Below are positions 1 through 14,814 of a stretch of 64,000 bases of DNA, piece after piece. The stretch lies in the NCBI GenBank assembly GCA_951406725.2, contig OX597822.1, positions 31,186,001 through 31,250,000 of the forward strand, written 5' to 3'. This DNA is from Octopus vulgaris (lineage: Eukaryota). Numbering within the stretch: position 1 is the stretch's first letter; the number at the start of each line of letters is the position of its first letter. The translations under genes were made by a program, and so were the position numbers. The notes under the pieces were generated by a model. The model did not search any database. It was not told the origin of the DNA and was given only the letters and a program-made list of their open reading frames with translations.

Positions 1-173
1 TGTATAATTTGAGGTTTCAACCCCTAATGAATCAAAAAGGTAAACATGCGAAGTATAAGTGGTTTAAGTCTAGATATAGCGGGGACACAAATAAATTTAT
101 TAATCAAGCAACACAAATTTCAACCGCACTGACTACACACATTAGTAAATTAAAAACGTGTAATAAAGAATTC

Positions 174-340
174 AACCGGCAGAACCATTAGCATTATTTT
201 TACGTTCCGAGTTCAAATTCCACCGAGGCCGGCTTTCCTTTCATCCTTTCGGCGTCGATACATTAATCACCAGTTGTGTACCGGTATCGATTTAAAAACC
301 CTTCGCTAATATTTCTGGCCTTGTGTCTAGAGTAGAAAAG
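174..340 (+). mobile_element. tRNA-derived SINE (family A) with 12-bp target-site duplication
   Basis: B-box-like GAGTTCAAATTCC and body CCTTTCATCCTTTCGG are shared with other copies in the window. It is flanked by AATAAAGAATTC at 162-173 and 341-352. Confidence 0.8.
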
Positions 341-775
341 AATAAAGAATTCCGTCTAGATTGGTTTATCATACCGGAAACCACACCATACTATATACAC
401 ACATCAGAAATTGTAAATTATGCACAAAAGAATCGATCAATATACTTCGCGCTGACAGAAAATTTTATTTAATAAGATCTCGGTTGTCATTATTCTTTGA
501 AGAGATAAATATTTATGAACTTTTAAATTTTCTTTTTCCAAAAATAATTGGTTTATATGATTTTAACCTTTTTATCCTTTGGATTCATCTTAAAACTATT
601 TTCTCAATAGCTTCATAATATATTCAAACATGTAAATTTAGCTCTTATTATACCCTATATATCTCACCAGAGCAGTACGTTCTTTTGACAGAGCATTCGA
701 ATTTTAAAATTCTTAAATTTCTCATGTTGCTTAAAACTTAATATTTCAATAACTCTTTATAAATCCTCTTAGATT

Positions 776-863
776 TTCTCTCATGAGAGAAATGTAGATA
801 ATTGTTATGGTTGGAATTAACTCGCCCATACCAACATATATTTTCTCGAAACGTCCGTCAGAA
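776..863 (+). ncRNA. Degenerate minimal hammerhead ribozyme motif with long helix II
   Basis: TTCT-CTCATGA-GAGAAA...TTTCTC-GAAA-CGTCCG-TC-AGAA. Helices I and II pair, but the core has C at G5, so it is probably inactive. Confidence 0.5.
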
Positions 864-1129
864 TTTGCACCTGCTGAAGATTCTTCTTAAAATCATTTTA
901 TACCTCTTTTTCATCTATTTGGATTGCCGCTTTACATTCAACATGTGCATATTTTAATATACCCATAGATTTTAATACAGACATACAACCTTGCAAGTAC
1001 ATTTATGTATTTATATATTTATATATTATATCATGTAAATATGAGAACACCTATGTATGCTGTGAAGTATTAGGATGGTTTGAAATATATTCAGTGAATA
1101 TGAACACTGACCGTTGAAATTTGTTCTCG

Positions 1130-1490
1130 CCTTCCTCTTTCCTTTTTCTCTCAACCCCCCTCACTCACATTTCTTGGCTCTCTCTTTAACTCCCACTATT
1201 TCCCCCTCGTTTATCTCCCCTGTACCTTTCCCTTTGATTTTTTTCTAATTCTTAAATCCCGCTGCACCATACCAATCTCTCCTCCTTCCACGTGGTCGAT
1301 GTCCGGCCACCCATGATCTTTCTTACTTGGCTTGACTGCCGACCGCCAACACCTCTTATGTCTATCTTCAATGTTCCTGCCTTTAGGATTTCACTTCATA
1401 CACGCCAGCTCAATTTGATTCCAAAGACACATTTGTAATTGTGTACCATGCTCCCTGTTTTTTTTTTTGTTTTTGTTGCCGTACACATTG
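1130..1490 (+). repeat. Unclassified interspersed repeat, homologous to about 13970-14390
   Basis: Shared blocks include CTTGACTGCCGACCGCCAACACCT and TTTCACTTCATACACGCCAGCTCAATTTGATT. Confidence 0.75.
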
Positions 1491-1493
1491 GTA

Positions 1494-1729
1494 TACAGGG
1501 TGCGATGTCACCGTTCTATATTTTTAATTTCGTAATTTCGCGCATGCACATTGTTTAATATAGTCCTATAATTATGAGATGAGGAATTATGTATATAATT
1601 TACATTTACTTTTCCGCTGATATTCCCTCCAGCCTTCATCAGACATCTTGGGGAAATTTCGGACCTTGGTTCTCATTCCTAACATATTTTTTGATGTTGT
1701 TGTGATTATTATTGTTGTTGTTGTTGTTG

Positions 1730-1815
<86 letters not shown>

Positions 1816-2122
1816 TTTACTGCCTGGAATCGAACTCTGAATCTTGGGGTTAGTAGGCCGCGCTCTTAAGCACTACACCATATACCCGTGGGCATATGGC
1901 GTATTTGATAAGGAATAAGGCAGCATCTAACAACTTAAACAAGGAGACCGTCCAGAATAAATGCAGGAGTTTCCGAAGACGTCTGGAGTCCGTGGTTGAA
2001 TCCAATGGGAATTTTAATGAATACATTAACTCTTTAGAATTTCAAGATATTTCAATGTAATTTTGGTAAATATATCTGTTAAAATGACATGTCAGTGTTA
2101 TTTTTATTCACCGCATCCTGTA
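1494..2122 (+). mobile_element. Tc1/mariner-derived non-autonomous element with a nested insertion
   Basis: Termini TACAGGGTGCG and CGCATCCTGTA. The 1940-2025 segment reads KETVQNKCRSFRRRLESVVESNGNFNE, like a Tc1-type transposase C-terminus. Confidence 0.55.
1575..1885 (-). mobile_element. Composite repeat: tRNA-like head + (AAT)n + hammerhead remnant
   Basis: Minus strand reads TGGTGTAGTG...GTTCGATTCC (A/B boxes, 1880-1820), then (AAT)n at 1706-1811, then CTGATGA-AGGCTG...CAGCG-GAAA (1642-1611). Confidence 0.6.
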
Positions 2123-2289
2123 TATATGATATATATTTTTTGGTGCGAATGGTATTGTTATATAGCGCATGGTTTTACTAGCCTGTAAATAATGATGATA
2201 TTATTTATATAAGCCTAAACCTTATAGCGATCACCGTGCAATGACTATCTAATGATAGGGCATATAACCCCACCACCGAATAAAAAAAG

Positions 2290-2372
2290 AGAATACTTCC
2301 CTATCCAGGCAGGACGCGAACTCACATCCCTTTTTTAATGCGACTAGCTGTGTTACCATTGTACCAGCGAAT
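2290..2372 (-). repeat. tRNA-like (SINE head) segment
   Basis: Minus strand TGGTACAATGG (A box) ... GTTCGCGTCC (B box). No intact cloverleaf. Confidence 0.45.
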
Positions 2373-2549
2373 TAGACGTCTTGCATCCGTCAGTTTTACG
2401 AACTATATTAGTTGGTAGTTGTTTTGTAAACAAACTTTCTATATGCTTTCGGTGCGAATGGCTTTCTTAAACGGTGCTGCGTTTTACAATCTTGTAAATA
2501 ATAATAATGGTATAATATATGTATATATATATATATATATATTTACACA

Positions 2550-2591
<42 letters not shown>

Positions 2592-2598
2592 CACAAAC

Positions 2599-2629
<31 letters not shown>

Positions 2630-2679
2630 CATACACTCACACACACATACACACACATATATGTATGTATCTAAACTTT

Positions 2680-2804
2680 ATTAATAAAGCTGCAAATGCA
2701 TCACAAAAACTGTTACTCAGAGTTTCACGTTCCCCTTTGTCCCACGAACCGGCACGTGAAACTTTGAGCAACACATTTTGTGATGTCTTTGCTGCTTTAT
2801 TAAT
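2680..2804. repeat. Imperfect fold-back inverted repeat containing hammerhead remnants
   Basis: Arms 2680-2733 and 2751-2804 are reverse complements with mismatches. Both carry ACGT-GAAA-CT(C/T)TGAG-(T/C)A-ACA. Confidence 0.7.
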
Positions 2805-3000
2805 ATAACATATTATTCTACCTTCGGTATTTGAATACTAACTTTTACACCTTGTTTCACATTTATGTGATTACTCTCTTAAATATAGTGAATTTCACAG
2901 AAAAAACTGCGTTATACACACACACACACATACATATACACACACACATATATATATATACATACATACACACACACACACATATATATATATATATTTA

Positions 3001-3051
<51 letters not shown>

Positions 3052-5084
3052 GTGTGTGTGTGTGTGTGCATATATGTATGTATATATGCATGTATAATGC
3101 GATTTTCTTCTGTCAAAATCACTCACAAAGCAATGGACAGTCTGGGGTTATAGTAAAAGACAATTTCCAATAACATACATATAACATTATATCATCAATT
3201 GAAAAATCAGTGACTTATATTATTTCTACATATTTTTTGACATCTCGAAATAGATTAACTTCAAAACTGAATAATTTTCCCATTTATAGAACTAGATATA
3301 TTTGGATATATTCCGTAATATTTGCTGCATAAACTACATTCGTCGAATTAATGAGAGAAATAGAAAATAATTTTATAACATCATTGGAATAAGGTCGCTA
3401 TTAAAACAATAGAGTGCAAAAATGTAATTTTATGCTGAAAGGAGTTGCTTTTCTGCATTTTATGTTTTAAATGTAATTATTTCAATTAAACTGAGGAAAA
3501 ATAAAAATAAAATTAGCAGTAAATTAAATTGAAAATAACGTATTGTTTAAAAGGTTAATCTTTCGAATAATTTAAAGATTTTCAATTTACCAACTTTTCA
3601 AGCCATCAGGGAAAAAATACATTTTATACTATCGATTATGTTCTTGACTGTTTTTGTACTATAATTGTATTTCATTTTGATTTATTTCCTTTTTCTTTAA
3701 ATTGAATTATATTAAATTTTGCTTGACACTTTCATGAAAATTGAGGCCTATGTAAACTGACGCCAACGCTATCCAGACGTTGATGAAGGTATGGAACCAA
3801 ACTGTCTATAAATATTTCAATATTATATTGCATTTGTCACAGAAAATGTAATATATTTTTTCTAGTGTCAAGTCAGGCGCATGTATCCAACTATTTCGAT
3901 ATTTGTTGCGATAGTTTCCAACAATTTCCGGAATTTTAATGTCAAGACTTGAAGGCAAATGGTGATTGCCGCACTTCAATTTCGACTACCTGCTTTGACA
4001 GAATCCACGCAATATCTTCCAAAGTGAACTGTAATATATTGGCAATTTCTAAACTAGTTTCTGTATTTTAGATTAGATTCGGTAGGGCGTGAATTTCTTT
4101 CTATAGTTCTGAGAGTTTCTTCAATGATTAAATTGCTAAGGAAGAAAGCTATATTCAAAATCCCATTCTATGAGAATGAGGCCCTATAGAGATAGATTTT
4201 CTCAACGTTCTTTTTTGTATCGTATATTAGTTAGTGAGTATAGAGGCAGAAACATGACAGGCACAATATATAAAACATATAAACGTGACAGGCACAACCC
4301 AAAAAATATAAAAGTAAGCCAGTAATGTACTGATATATATATATATATATATATAAATATATATATAGCTTATAACTTTGTAAAAGGATCCATTGAAGTA
4401 TTTTCTAAATTTCTAATCAGTAACACTATTGTAGATGTTATAAAATTTCATATTTCACCTCACAATGCGACTGACAAAAATATGTAAGCGCTTATAATTT
4501 AGGATATTAAACTTGTTTTGATTTCCGAAATGTTTATTACATGAAATGAATAATGGACGGACAAAAGAAAAGTGAATTGACGGACAAAAGAGTCAGAAAG
4601 TTATGAAGAGGGTGATGGGGAACACTGTGTATTCAATATGCGTGTTGCTGTGCATTCGATGACGGAAAGGTAGAATTAAATGTTAACTAAAGATGAACGA
4701 ATGTACACAACATCGTATTAATATTCATACGCTTTAGCGCACATGACGCAGTATCATCTACCTAAGCGACATGTATGCATCTCTGTGTTTGAGGAGACAT
4801 ACAAATGTACAAATCTGTATTGAGGTGATATGTCAAACTACTAAGATAATATTTTTTACACTTTTAAAAGTTTGGAGTTATGCTGTTAATGTTTATAAGG
4901 GGGTGTTATAAAAGAAAGAAATCGCGTGATTGCAACTACTGAGTACGTAAAGACCTATACATTCATGCAGTCAATTATAAAATCACTAAGTATTCAAGGT
5001 TTTGTTTTATTCTGTTAATCACATTCGTATCAGTATATGTTGTGTAGCACAGCCTTGTGAAAAAGACGTATTCAGTAGAAATTA

Positions 5085-6746
5085 CGCTGGTCAACAAGTA
5101 TTTTTCATCAAGCTTATGGCAAGGAATAATTAGTGTAGTTTTTAATACTGATTTCAAATATTCAATTTTGCATCACGTACAGTTTTCAAGATTAGAAAGT
5201 TTTTTTTATTGGTTCTACCCATTCATTATTTAGAAATTCCAATTAATGACGTGTATACATGTATTTCATTTACATCATGAAATCATACCTTTAAAATAAA
5301 CTACATTATTCACTGCAACATAGTTCAGATGTAATATTTCATCATCTTAATTTAACCAATCAAGTTTTGTCTGATGAAATTGTTATTTCAACATCTCAAT
5401 TTGTCCAGTCATAATTGGTCTGATTTCGTCATCTCAAAATCAATATAAGTATAACCGTTTGTATCTATTTCCTTACTTGTTTTACAGTGTTAACAATGTC
5501 AAGACAGTGTAGAAATCGTGCTGACGTGTTTTGTTGTCTATGGACAATTTATTTATGAAAGCTCAAAAACATAGATTCAAGAAGATTTATAAGCTATACT
5601 TTGAATGTCCGCTTGGAGATCAGGACCAGTTATGGTCACCGCATTTTATCTGCTCAGCTTGCTCCAATGGCTTATGAGACTGGTTCGATTAGAAGAAGCC
5701 CATACCTTTTGCCATTCCAATAGATGGAACCGAAAGACCATTTTAATAACTGCTATTTTTGCAAAGTAAATGTCACAGGGTTTTCTATGATGAATAAACA
5801 CAAAACTTTGTATCCCAATTTGGATTCTGCAATGAGACCTGTACCTCACAATAGAATTCTGGCAGTTCTAGTTCCATCAGATGATGGTATTGAAACACCG
5901 GATGATGATGCTGGCTGTCGCGATAGTGCTGCTGAGTAAGATTACGTGGCTGATGACAATAGCTTTGAACTGCAGACATTTTTCCAAGCTGATATGTATG
6001 ACCTTGTCAGAGACATATGCCTCTCAAACGATAAAGCAGAACTGTTGGCATCAAGATTGAGGGAGAAGTATCTGCTAGAGCACGGAGTTCATAAGTATCT
6101 GCTAGAGTACGGAGTTCATATAACTTATTTTCAGCAGAGAAATATGGTTCTACAAATGTCGTCTGTTAAAGTTCCGCTTTGCTTTTGCAATAACATCGAT
6201 GGACGTTTCGAATGTTCATCGGGAAATCATGATCCTGGAACCCGGCGTTTGTTTCTTGACTGTTTAAAACGAAGTTTGAAATCTGTACTCCTCTATAATG
6301 GTAATTTAACGCCCTCCATTTTTATTGCACACTCCGTTCATCTTTATGAATCGTATGAGCATATGGGACTTTTACTTCATGACATTGCCTATGAAAGATA
6401 CTGATGGTAAACATGTGGAGATTTAAAAGTCGTTGGTATGTTAATGGGGTTGCAGTCAAGTTTCACAAAACACTGTTGTTTCCTGTGTCTATGTATATTC
6501 ACGCCTTGTAGAATGATGATTTTTAAATCCATAAACTCATTTAGTTTCCAAAAATAATATGGCCTTAATAATTACATTAATGATTTCATATATACAAATA
6601 GGTAAATATTTGCATGCATCTACTGAAAACCTGATACGTACTGCATACAGATGGAGTAACAGTTTGAAACCAGCATGAAAAATTAGTCGAAAATAGTTGG
6701 CTTGCATTGATAATGCGTGTAATACTTTTAATTTTGTTGACCAGTG
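5085..6746 (+). mobile_element. Chapaev3-like (CMC superfamily) DNA transposon, internally deleted
   Basis: TIRs CGCTGGTCAACAA (5085) and TTGTTGACCAGTG (6746), with matching subterminal blocks. Flanks are TTA and TTG, a possible 3-bp TSD. It contains a transposase pseudogene. The family assignment rests on recalled motifs. Confidence 0.7.
5496..6495 (+). pseudogene. Chapaev3-type transposase pseudogene (frameshifts, stops, C-terminal deletion)
   Basis: Motifs across frames: MSRQCRNRADVFC, YKLYFECPLGDQDQLWSPH, EPKDHFNNCYFC, YPNLDSAMRPVPH, DLVRDICLSNDKAELLASRL, RLFLDCLKRSLKSVLLYNGN, CGDLKVVGMLMGLQSSFTKHCCFLCL. Confidence 0.75.
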
Positions 6747-7124
6747 TTGTTAATACTTATCATTTATTGAAGAAGTAGTCATAATTTATAGCTTTTCCAC
6801 CCATATACAACCCTTAATCTTGAGTAACCCAACTTATACATCCGATGTAAAGCGAATATAGAAAGATAATATATCACACCCACTTAATCAGTCATGTAAC
6901 ACTGAAACAACTGTGTGGTGATATCTCTTTTATTTAACAGTATATTATTTTTCACACCTCTGAAGCGTTTTGCGACTTGTTGGGATATATTTCTAATCAC
7001 TGATCCAATAACCAGACATCAGATTTATTGAGATTCATATTTACTAAGCTTTCTTCTATTTGTACATATTCTAAAATATATTTTCGTTTTGTTTTACGTG
7101 TTACGACTAAATGTATGTTAATGA

Positions 7125-7286
7125 TAAATTCAGTAGAGCGCCCTTTCAGTTCACATACATTATTGGATAAATTACTGATGTTCATATTTCGTATGTTCCT
7201 CGCTAAATTCAGTAGAGCGCTCTTTCAGTTCACACACATTATTGAATAATTTACTGATGTTCATATTTCGTATGTTCCTCACTAAA
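7125..7286 (+). repeat. Tandem duplication, 79-bp unit x2
   Basis: TAAATTCAGTAGAGCG...CATATTTCGTATGTTCCTC occurs at 7125 and 7204 with a few substitutions. Confidence 0.9.
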
Positions 7287-7683
7287 ATAAGTAGGAAATA
7301 ATCACGCTGCTTTGCATATTATTGCATCAGCGTCGTGTGATTAATTAATGGGTAATGAGAATACATACAGATATTTTTGGCTTACCTCAGTATTGTTTTG
7401 TCAGATTGATTATTTGCGATTTTCAGAATGTAGGAGGCTGGAGCTGATGTCTACTTCTTCAAAAGACAATGTGTGTTACTAGTCTCTTGAGTTCATTATT
7501 TTATTAGTCCCTTTCGTTCCGTGTTTTACTAGTTTCTTTTGTTCTCAGAACGCGTTTGATTTTTAGGAAACGCATGAAGCTGGCTAAGAAGGGGAAATTC
7601 ACAATATGGGCAATTACTAGTATTTCACCAAATCAACTTTCAGATGTACACATTTAATCAATTTTGATCGAGGTGAGTCACAT

Positions 7684-7897
7684 ACCTACCTACCTAAATA
7701 CCTACCTACGAAGCTACCTACCTACCTACCTACCTACCTACCTACCTACCTACCTACCTACCTACCTACCTACCTAACTACCTACCTACCTACCTACCTA
7801 CCAACATATATACATACATACATACCATCCTACCTACCTATCAACCTACCTACTTACCTACTTACCTATATATATATATATATATATATATAAATCA

Positions 7898-7932
<35 letters not shown>

Positions 7933-7948
7933 AATCAATCAATCAATA

Positions 7949-8033
<85 letters not shown>

Positions 8034-8035
8034 GT
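7684..8035. repeat. Compound microsatellite (CCTA)n/(TA)n/(TCTA)n
   Basis: Direct reading. Confidence 0.95.
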
Positions 8036-8289
8036 GTCTGTCGGTCTGGTTGTCTGCCTGTCTATCTGTAGGTTCCGCAAAAATAACAAGGTAAAATATT
8101 TTATTTTTCATTCCCTTCGAAAATTTCTATTAAATGTGGTTTTGATTATTTTGACTGCTTCTTCAAGCGTGTAAAAATTACCTGTTAAAGGTAGTTTTCT
8201 CTGGTACACTATATCATATTAAGAATATATTGTCTATTTAATTTTTATACATGCTAGACCACTGGTGATGAAATTTCTAGGAATATTCA

Positions 8290-8372
<83 letters not shown>

Positions 8373-8469
8373 ATATATATATGTATATATATATATGTAT
8401 ATATGTATATATATATATGTATATATATATATGTATATATATATATGTTTTTATACATATATATATATG

Positions 8470-8502
<33 letters not shown>

Positions 8503-8504
<2 letters not shown>

Positions 8505-8771
8505 AGGCACAATGGCCTAGTGGTTAGGGCAGCTGACTCGCGGTTTCGTTTCCTAGACCGGGCGTTGTGAGTGTTTATTGAGCGAAAAACACCTAAAAAC
8601 TCCACGAGGCTCCGGCAGGGGGTGGTGATCCCTGCTGTACTCTTTCACCACTCTTTCTTCTGTTGGCCTGCTCGCTTAGCCAGTGGGGTGGCGTCATTCG
8701 AAGGCTAAAACAATGCGAACGCATTGTGACCAGCGATGTGTAACAACATCTGATGGTCTGGTCGGTCACGT

Positions 8772-8772
<1 letters not shown>
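8503..8772 (+). mobile_element. tRNA-derived SINE (family C), flanked by (TA)n
   Basis: Head GGAGGCACAATGGCCTAGTGGTTAGG with an A box, and tail GGTCGGTCACGTG. A second copy lies on the minus strand at 20141-20385. Confidence 0.8.
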
Positions 8773-8804
<32 letters not shown>

Positions 8805-11391
8805 ATACATATATACAATGATGTGTTCCACACATTTATTTATTTTTCCTACAATTTTCGTTGCACCTTTTAACCTTTTCAATTGTTGTTGTCTCTGACC
8901 GATATCCGAGCTGCTCGGTGTGTTAAATATTAAGGTACTAAAAAAGAATCACTTTTCTCAGACACAACAAAATATGCGTCATCACACGAACTCGCATAAA
9001 GAAGCTTGCAAAACAAAACGATGAATATATATATACATAAGATAAAACTTACTTGGAAGAGGACACATGTCGTTCGATCATATAATAGCAATTTAATAAA
9101 TAAAACATATGCATACATACATATATGTACATACCTATATCTATATGTATATATACATGCATATATGGGTACAGGACACTACAAAAAACGTAGAACACAG
9201 CGAGAAACGAAAACAAAAACAAAACATGGAAACAGATACATATATAAAAAAAACAAGAGTACATACATACATTGATTACAATTTCAAGTTTATACTTGTA
9301 ATCATTGGGATCCTAGAATATGTAACTGCGTAAATAGCAAGCGTAAGAAATTAGGCTTCTCAAAACCAGATAAGAGAAATCTAATTCGAAAACTACAGAT
9401 CCAATCCATCTCAGGAACGGTAATAATCTGTAAATCTTGCCAGAATTTTATGAATTAAATATATGTGAACATGCTTACATATGTAACTATATGCTTGAGA
9501 ATGCATACAAACATACATACAAGCAAAAATACCCCACTATTGAAGTTGAAATTCTAATGAAGGAGCCTTGGATCTTGGTTAGAAATCGGTTCTTTCTCTA
9601 TTGGCAAGAAATCTTGATATAAACTGAATAATGACATACATACATGGAAGCATTCATACATACACAAACACCTTTAAAATAAGGAACACAAATCCTTAAA
9701 AAAAAAAACAGGAATACTAATGGAACTTACCAATAAAATCAGCCGTTCGGTGCAAATATAATAAACCTGCTTTGTGGGACAGAAAAGAAAAGCCATGCGC
9801 TGTCAGCTTCCCAATAGAAGTGAATGTACAATCAAAAGTGCAGGGAAAATATTTATGATAAATTTATGCGAACCTACTGCACTTGTACCCTGCCCATATA
9901 TTCACATTTGCACCTATCGTCATAGACGCATTAGGTAACAAAAAAAAAAACTGGAAAAACTAGGTCTTTTCGAAGAAGGAGTAAAGGAATCTGATGCTGA
10001 TTCTTCAAATCAAATCTATTAGTGGCACAGCGAAAATTTGTAAGACATTCCAAGGTTTCTCCATCTGAATAAATCCCTGCTCACAAATCAAAATGTCTTG
10101 TCGCCTTGAATGGCTGGCTTGAAATCCCTCCAGATCTAAAATGGAACAATAAAGTAGCAAACACGCACACACACAACCAAACACCCACCCACACACACGT
10201 ATACTAACACACATACATAATTACATACATACATACATACATACAGATATATAGCTATACACACTCATATACATACATATATATACATGCACGTACAGAT
10301 ACATACATCCATAATATAGATAGATATACACACACATATATACATGCATACATAGATATATACACACAAGTACACATATATGCTTTTTTATATACAGGCA
10401 TATCCACATATGATATACACATATGTCTGCATATGTTTGTATGCATATATATATATGAATGTGTGAGAGTGGCAGCATGTATGATTTTTCGCCTACGTGT
10501 ATATTAATTTACACATGCAGTGTAAGATATAAAGATGGACACAGAGATAAATAAAGTTTAGCTTATGTTATGAAAATTGTTTGAGCGATGAGCTTGTTTT
10601 TGCTCATTTATATAACATTAAAAATATCAATGTTTATTAAATTGCAAGTATCTTGTATCTATTCAATTTATTTTCGGAAAATTCTGAATTAATAAATGTA
10701 TATACATGAATTTGATATACTTGAATACAGCCCTGCGCAAAGACACACAGCCTACAAATCACTGTGAAACAGTTTGGATTAATATGTTAGTAGGTCGTCA
10801 GATCATTGACGACATATCAGGCGTGTTTATTCGATAGATTTTGTACATATATTAATAGATAACAACTCATATCCGATGAGGAAAAACATCATTTACATGT
10901 CCGATATTGTGATGAGGTGAAGTTTTCAATATGTGAATATATATGCGTGTTTAGTATGCTTATGTATGAAGATTAATTAACAACTTGAGAAAAGCGCAGA
11001 GGGCTCTAATAATTTGACAGATCTACAAGGCACCAAGTACTTTCAAATTAAATGTATTTATATACATACATTAACGACACGCTCTGCCACATATATGTAT
11101 ATATATTGTTGTTGTTGCTAAGCCTAACTGATCGTAAAGTAAATACCATCATGAGTGCTGTCCAAGCTACAATGGAGGAGGTAAGTCACTGGTTTTCGCT
11201 AAAAAGAGACGGTGAATAATAGCTAGAAGAACATTGTGCGAAACCTAGTAATTTGTCGATCTATGAAACGGGGCTTCCTAGATCACTTATGCTGTCAATA
11301 TGTCGAGAGCAATGCTAGGAAACAGTGTGTTTTCTCTAATGATGACTCCATATGCCTAGCAGAATCTGGTATGCGGACAATCAACTGGTAG

Positions 11392-11783
<392 letters not shown>

Positions 11784-12539
11784 TGTATACATATGTATAT
11801 AGTCGGATATTATCAAATTATCATATTATTTATGGAAAGGCGTACTATGTATATCTAAATTTCATGATTTAATAGAATTGTAGATAAATTTTGTATGCTA
11901 CAATTTTTTTGTTGTTCATACACCCACAAGGCGGTGGGTAATGTGATTAAGTATGTCAATAAATTATACATTGACGAAGCAAAGCGATAGATTATTTCGA
12001 TTTTTCTTGTCCCACGAAGTCTATGGCTTTGTGCCAATGTTTCCAAATCATAATTATTTATGCAACCTTGTCTATAATTCTTGTATTCTCCCATCGAGAC
12101 AGTACTTTAATTTTGTATAAGTGGTTAGAATTTAGAAGTTGTTTTTGAAGCTATTCGAAATTATATTTCCTATGTAGATTAGATATTTATTTATATTGCA
12201 TCAATGATTAAAAACGTCCCCTGAAATCGATTCATTGGAAAGCAATTCTATATCTGCAGTGTAGATATTGTGTGAGCAAAAATTCATTTCATTTCTAGAA
12301 CAGTTTAATTTACACATTAATTTACAGAAAAACACACACGCGTGCGCACGCAGACATACACGCATACACAAATACAAATATGTGCGTACCTACATATAGA
12401 CATACCCCAAAACAAACAAACACACATACACACACTCACGCTCACATCTACACAAGCTCAACGCTCTCACAAACGCTCAAGCATAACGACATATTGATGT
12501 ATATATACATATATATATATACATATATATATATAGATA

Positions 12540-12730
12540 GATAGATGAATATTTTATCTATCTATTTATATATATACGTATATATATGTAGATAGATAGA
12601 TAGATGAATATTTTATCAATCTATCTATTTATATGTATATACGTATATATATATAAATATATATACATATATATATATATATGTAGATACATAAATATTT
12701 TATCAATCTATCTATTTATATGTATATACG

Positions 12731-12772
<42 letters not shown>

Positions 12773-12799
12773 CGCGTATGGATGTGGGTGTATTGTGTG

Positions 12800-12869
<70 letters not shown>

Positions 12870-12908
12870 CACACACAATACACCCACCCCATACGCGCAC
12901 ACACACAG
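12540..12908. repeat. Three degenerate 60-80 bp direct units followed by a (TA)n-centred palindrome
   Basis: AATATTTTATC(A/T)ATCTAT occurs x3. GCGCGTATGGATGTGGGTGTATTGTGTGT and ACACACAATACACCCACCCCATACGCGC flank a TA tract. Confidence 0.8.
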
Positions 12909-13497
12909 ACAAACTTACACGAGCACATATGTATGTATATAGAAGAATATTTGCATTACTTTATAATTTATTTTGCACTTTTGAAATCGTTATCTATCGC
13001 AGACAGTTACTATTTCTAAACCTACCTAATATAACTGTATTTTATTAAGATACGTCTATTAACAACGTCTCCATTAATAACCGCATGTAAAGATAATTTT
13101 AGGAAATATTTCAATTTATATGAGGGGATTTCAATTGAATTTTCAAAAAACATATAAACAAAATGATATAATATGTCATGTGCTTCATATTTCGATTAAA
13201 ATAAAGTAAAATGAAAAATGAAAAAAAAAGCTGCTTTCATGCTTTTCTGTTTTTATTTTAGGCTTCTGTAATTCAGTTTGAATGTCAGATGAAAAGATTC
13301 AAATGCTTCCAACACTTTATGTTTTTCGATTACTATATTTTATTGGTAATTTTAAATACAAACTTCAACAGAATGCAATAAATGCAAGACGAGATTGTCA
13401 AGGTTCAAAAGATAAAGGCCACAACTTGCATTATATATATATATATATGCGCATGGCCCTCTCTCTCTTTCTCTGTTTGTCACTCTCTCTTATTTAC

Positions 13498-13536
<39 letters not shown>

Positions 13537-13555
13537 TCATACACATACATACATT

Positions 13556-13612
<57 letters not shown>

Positions 13613-13623
13613 ATGTATATATG

Positions 13624-13682
<59 letters not shown>

Positions 13683-13694
13683 CCATTCGATGGC

Positions 13695-14713
<1,019 letters not shown>

Positions 14714-14814
14714 GTGTGTGTGCGTGCGTGCATGCATCTGTGTGTGTTTGTGTATATTTATGTATATACAGATATGTGTTTTTTTTTTACTCTGAGGGAG
14801 TGGGGCGAACAACT

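Larger units (their letters stand above)
1..900 (+). mobile_element. Decayed 3' end of a Penelope-like element (GIY-YIG endonuclease C-terminus plus 3' region), interrupted by a SINE
   Basis: Translation FKSRYSG...STALTTHISKLKTCNKEF (9-173) continues after removing 174-352 as RLDWFIIPETTPY, then in a shifted frame RNCKLCTKESINILRADRKF. This matches the FKxRyxxH...STxLSxHIWxLK...WxI...CxLCxxE pattern of Penelope-like GIY-YIG domains. A degenerate hammerhead motif follows at 776-863. Confidence 0.7.

Noticed and set aside
1815-1885. Genuine tRNA gene
   Set aside because: A and B boxes are present, but the acceptor stem does not pair and the sequence is embedded in a repeat, so it is treated as a SINE-like head.
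8850-8890. Minus-strand TTGAAAA...GCAAC-GAAA-ATTG-TA hammerhead candidate
   Set aside because: Helix I is absent and helix III is broken, so it is too degenerate to call.
11151-11186. Start exon MSAVQATMEE followed by GTAAGT
   Set aside because: It is isolated, lies next to a (GTT)n tail typical of retroelement ends, and no partner exon was identified.
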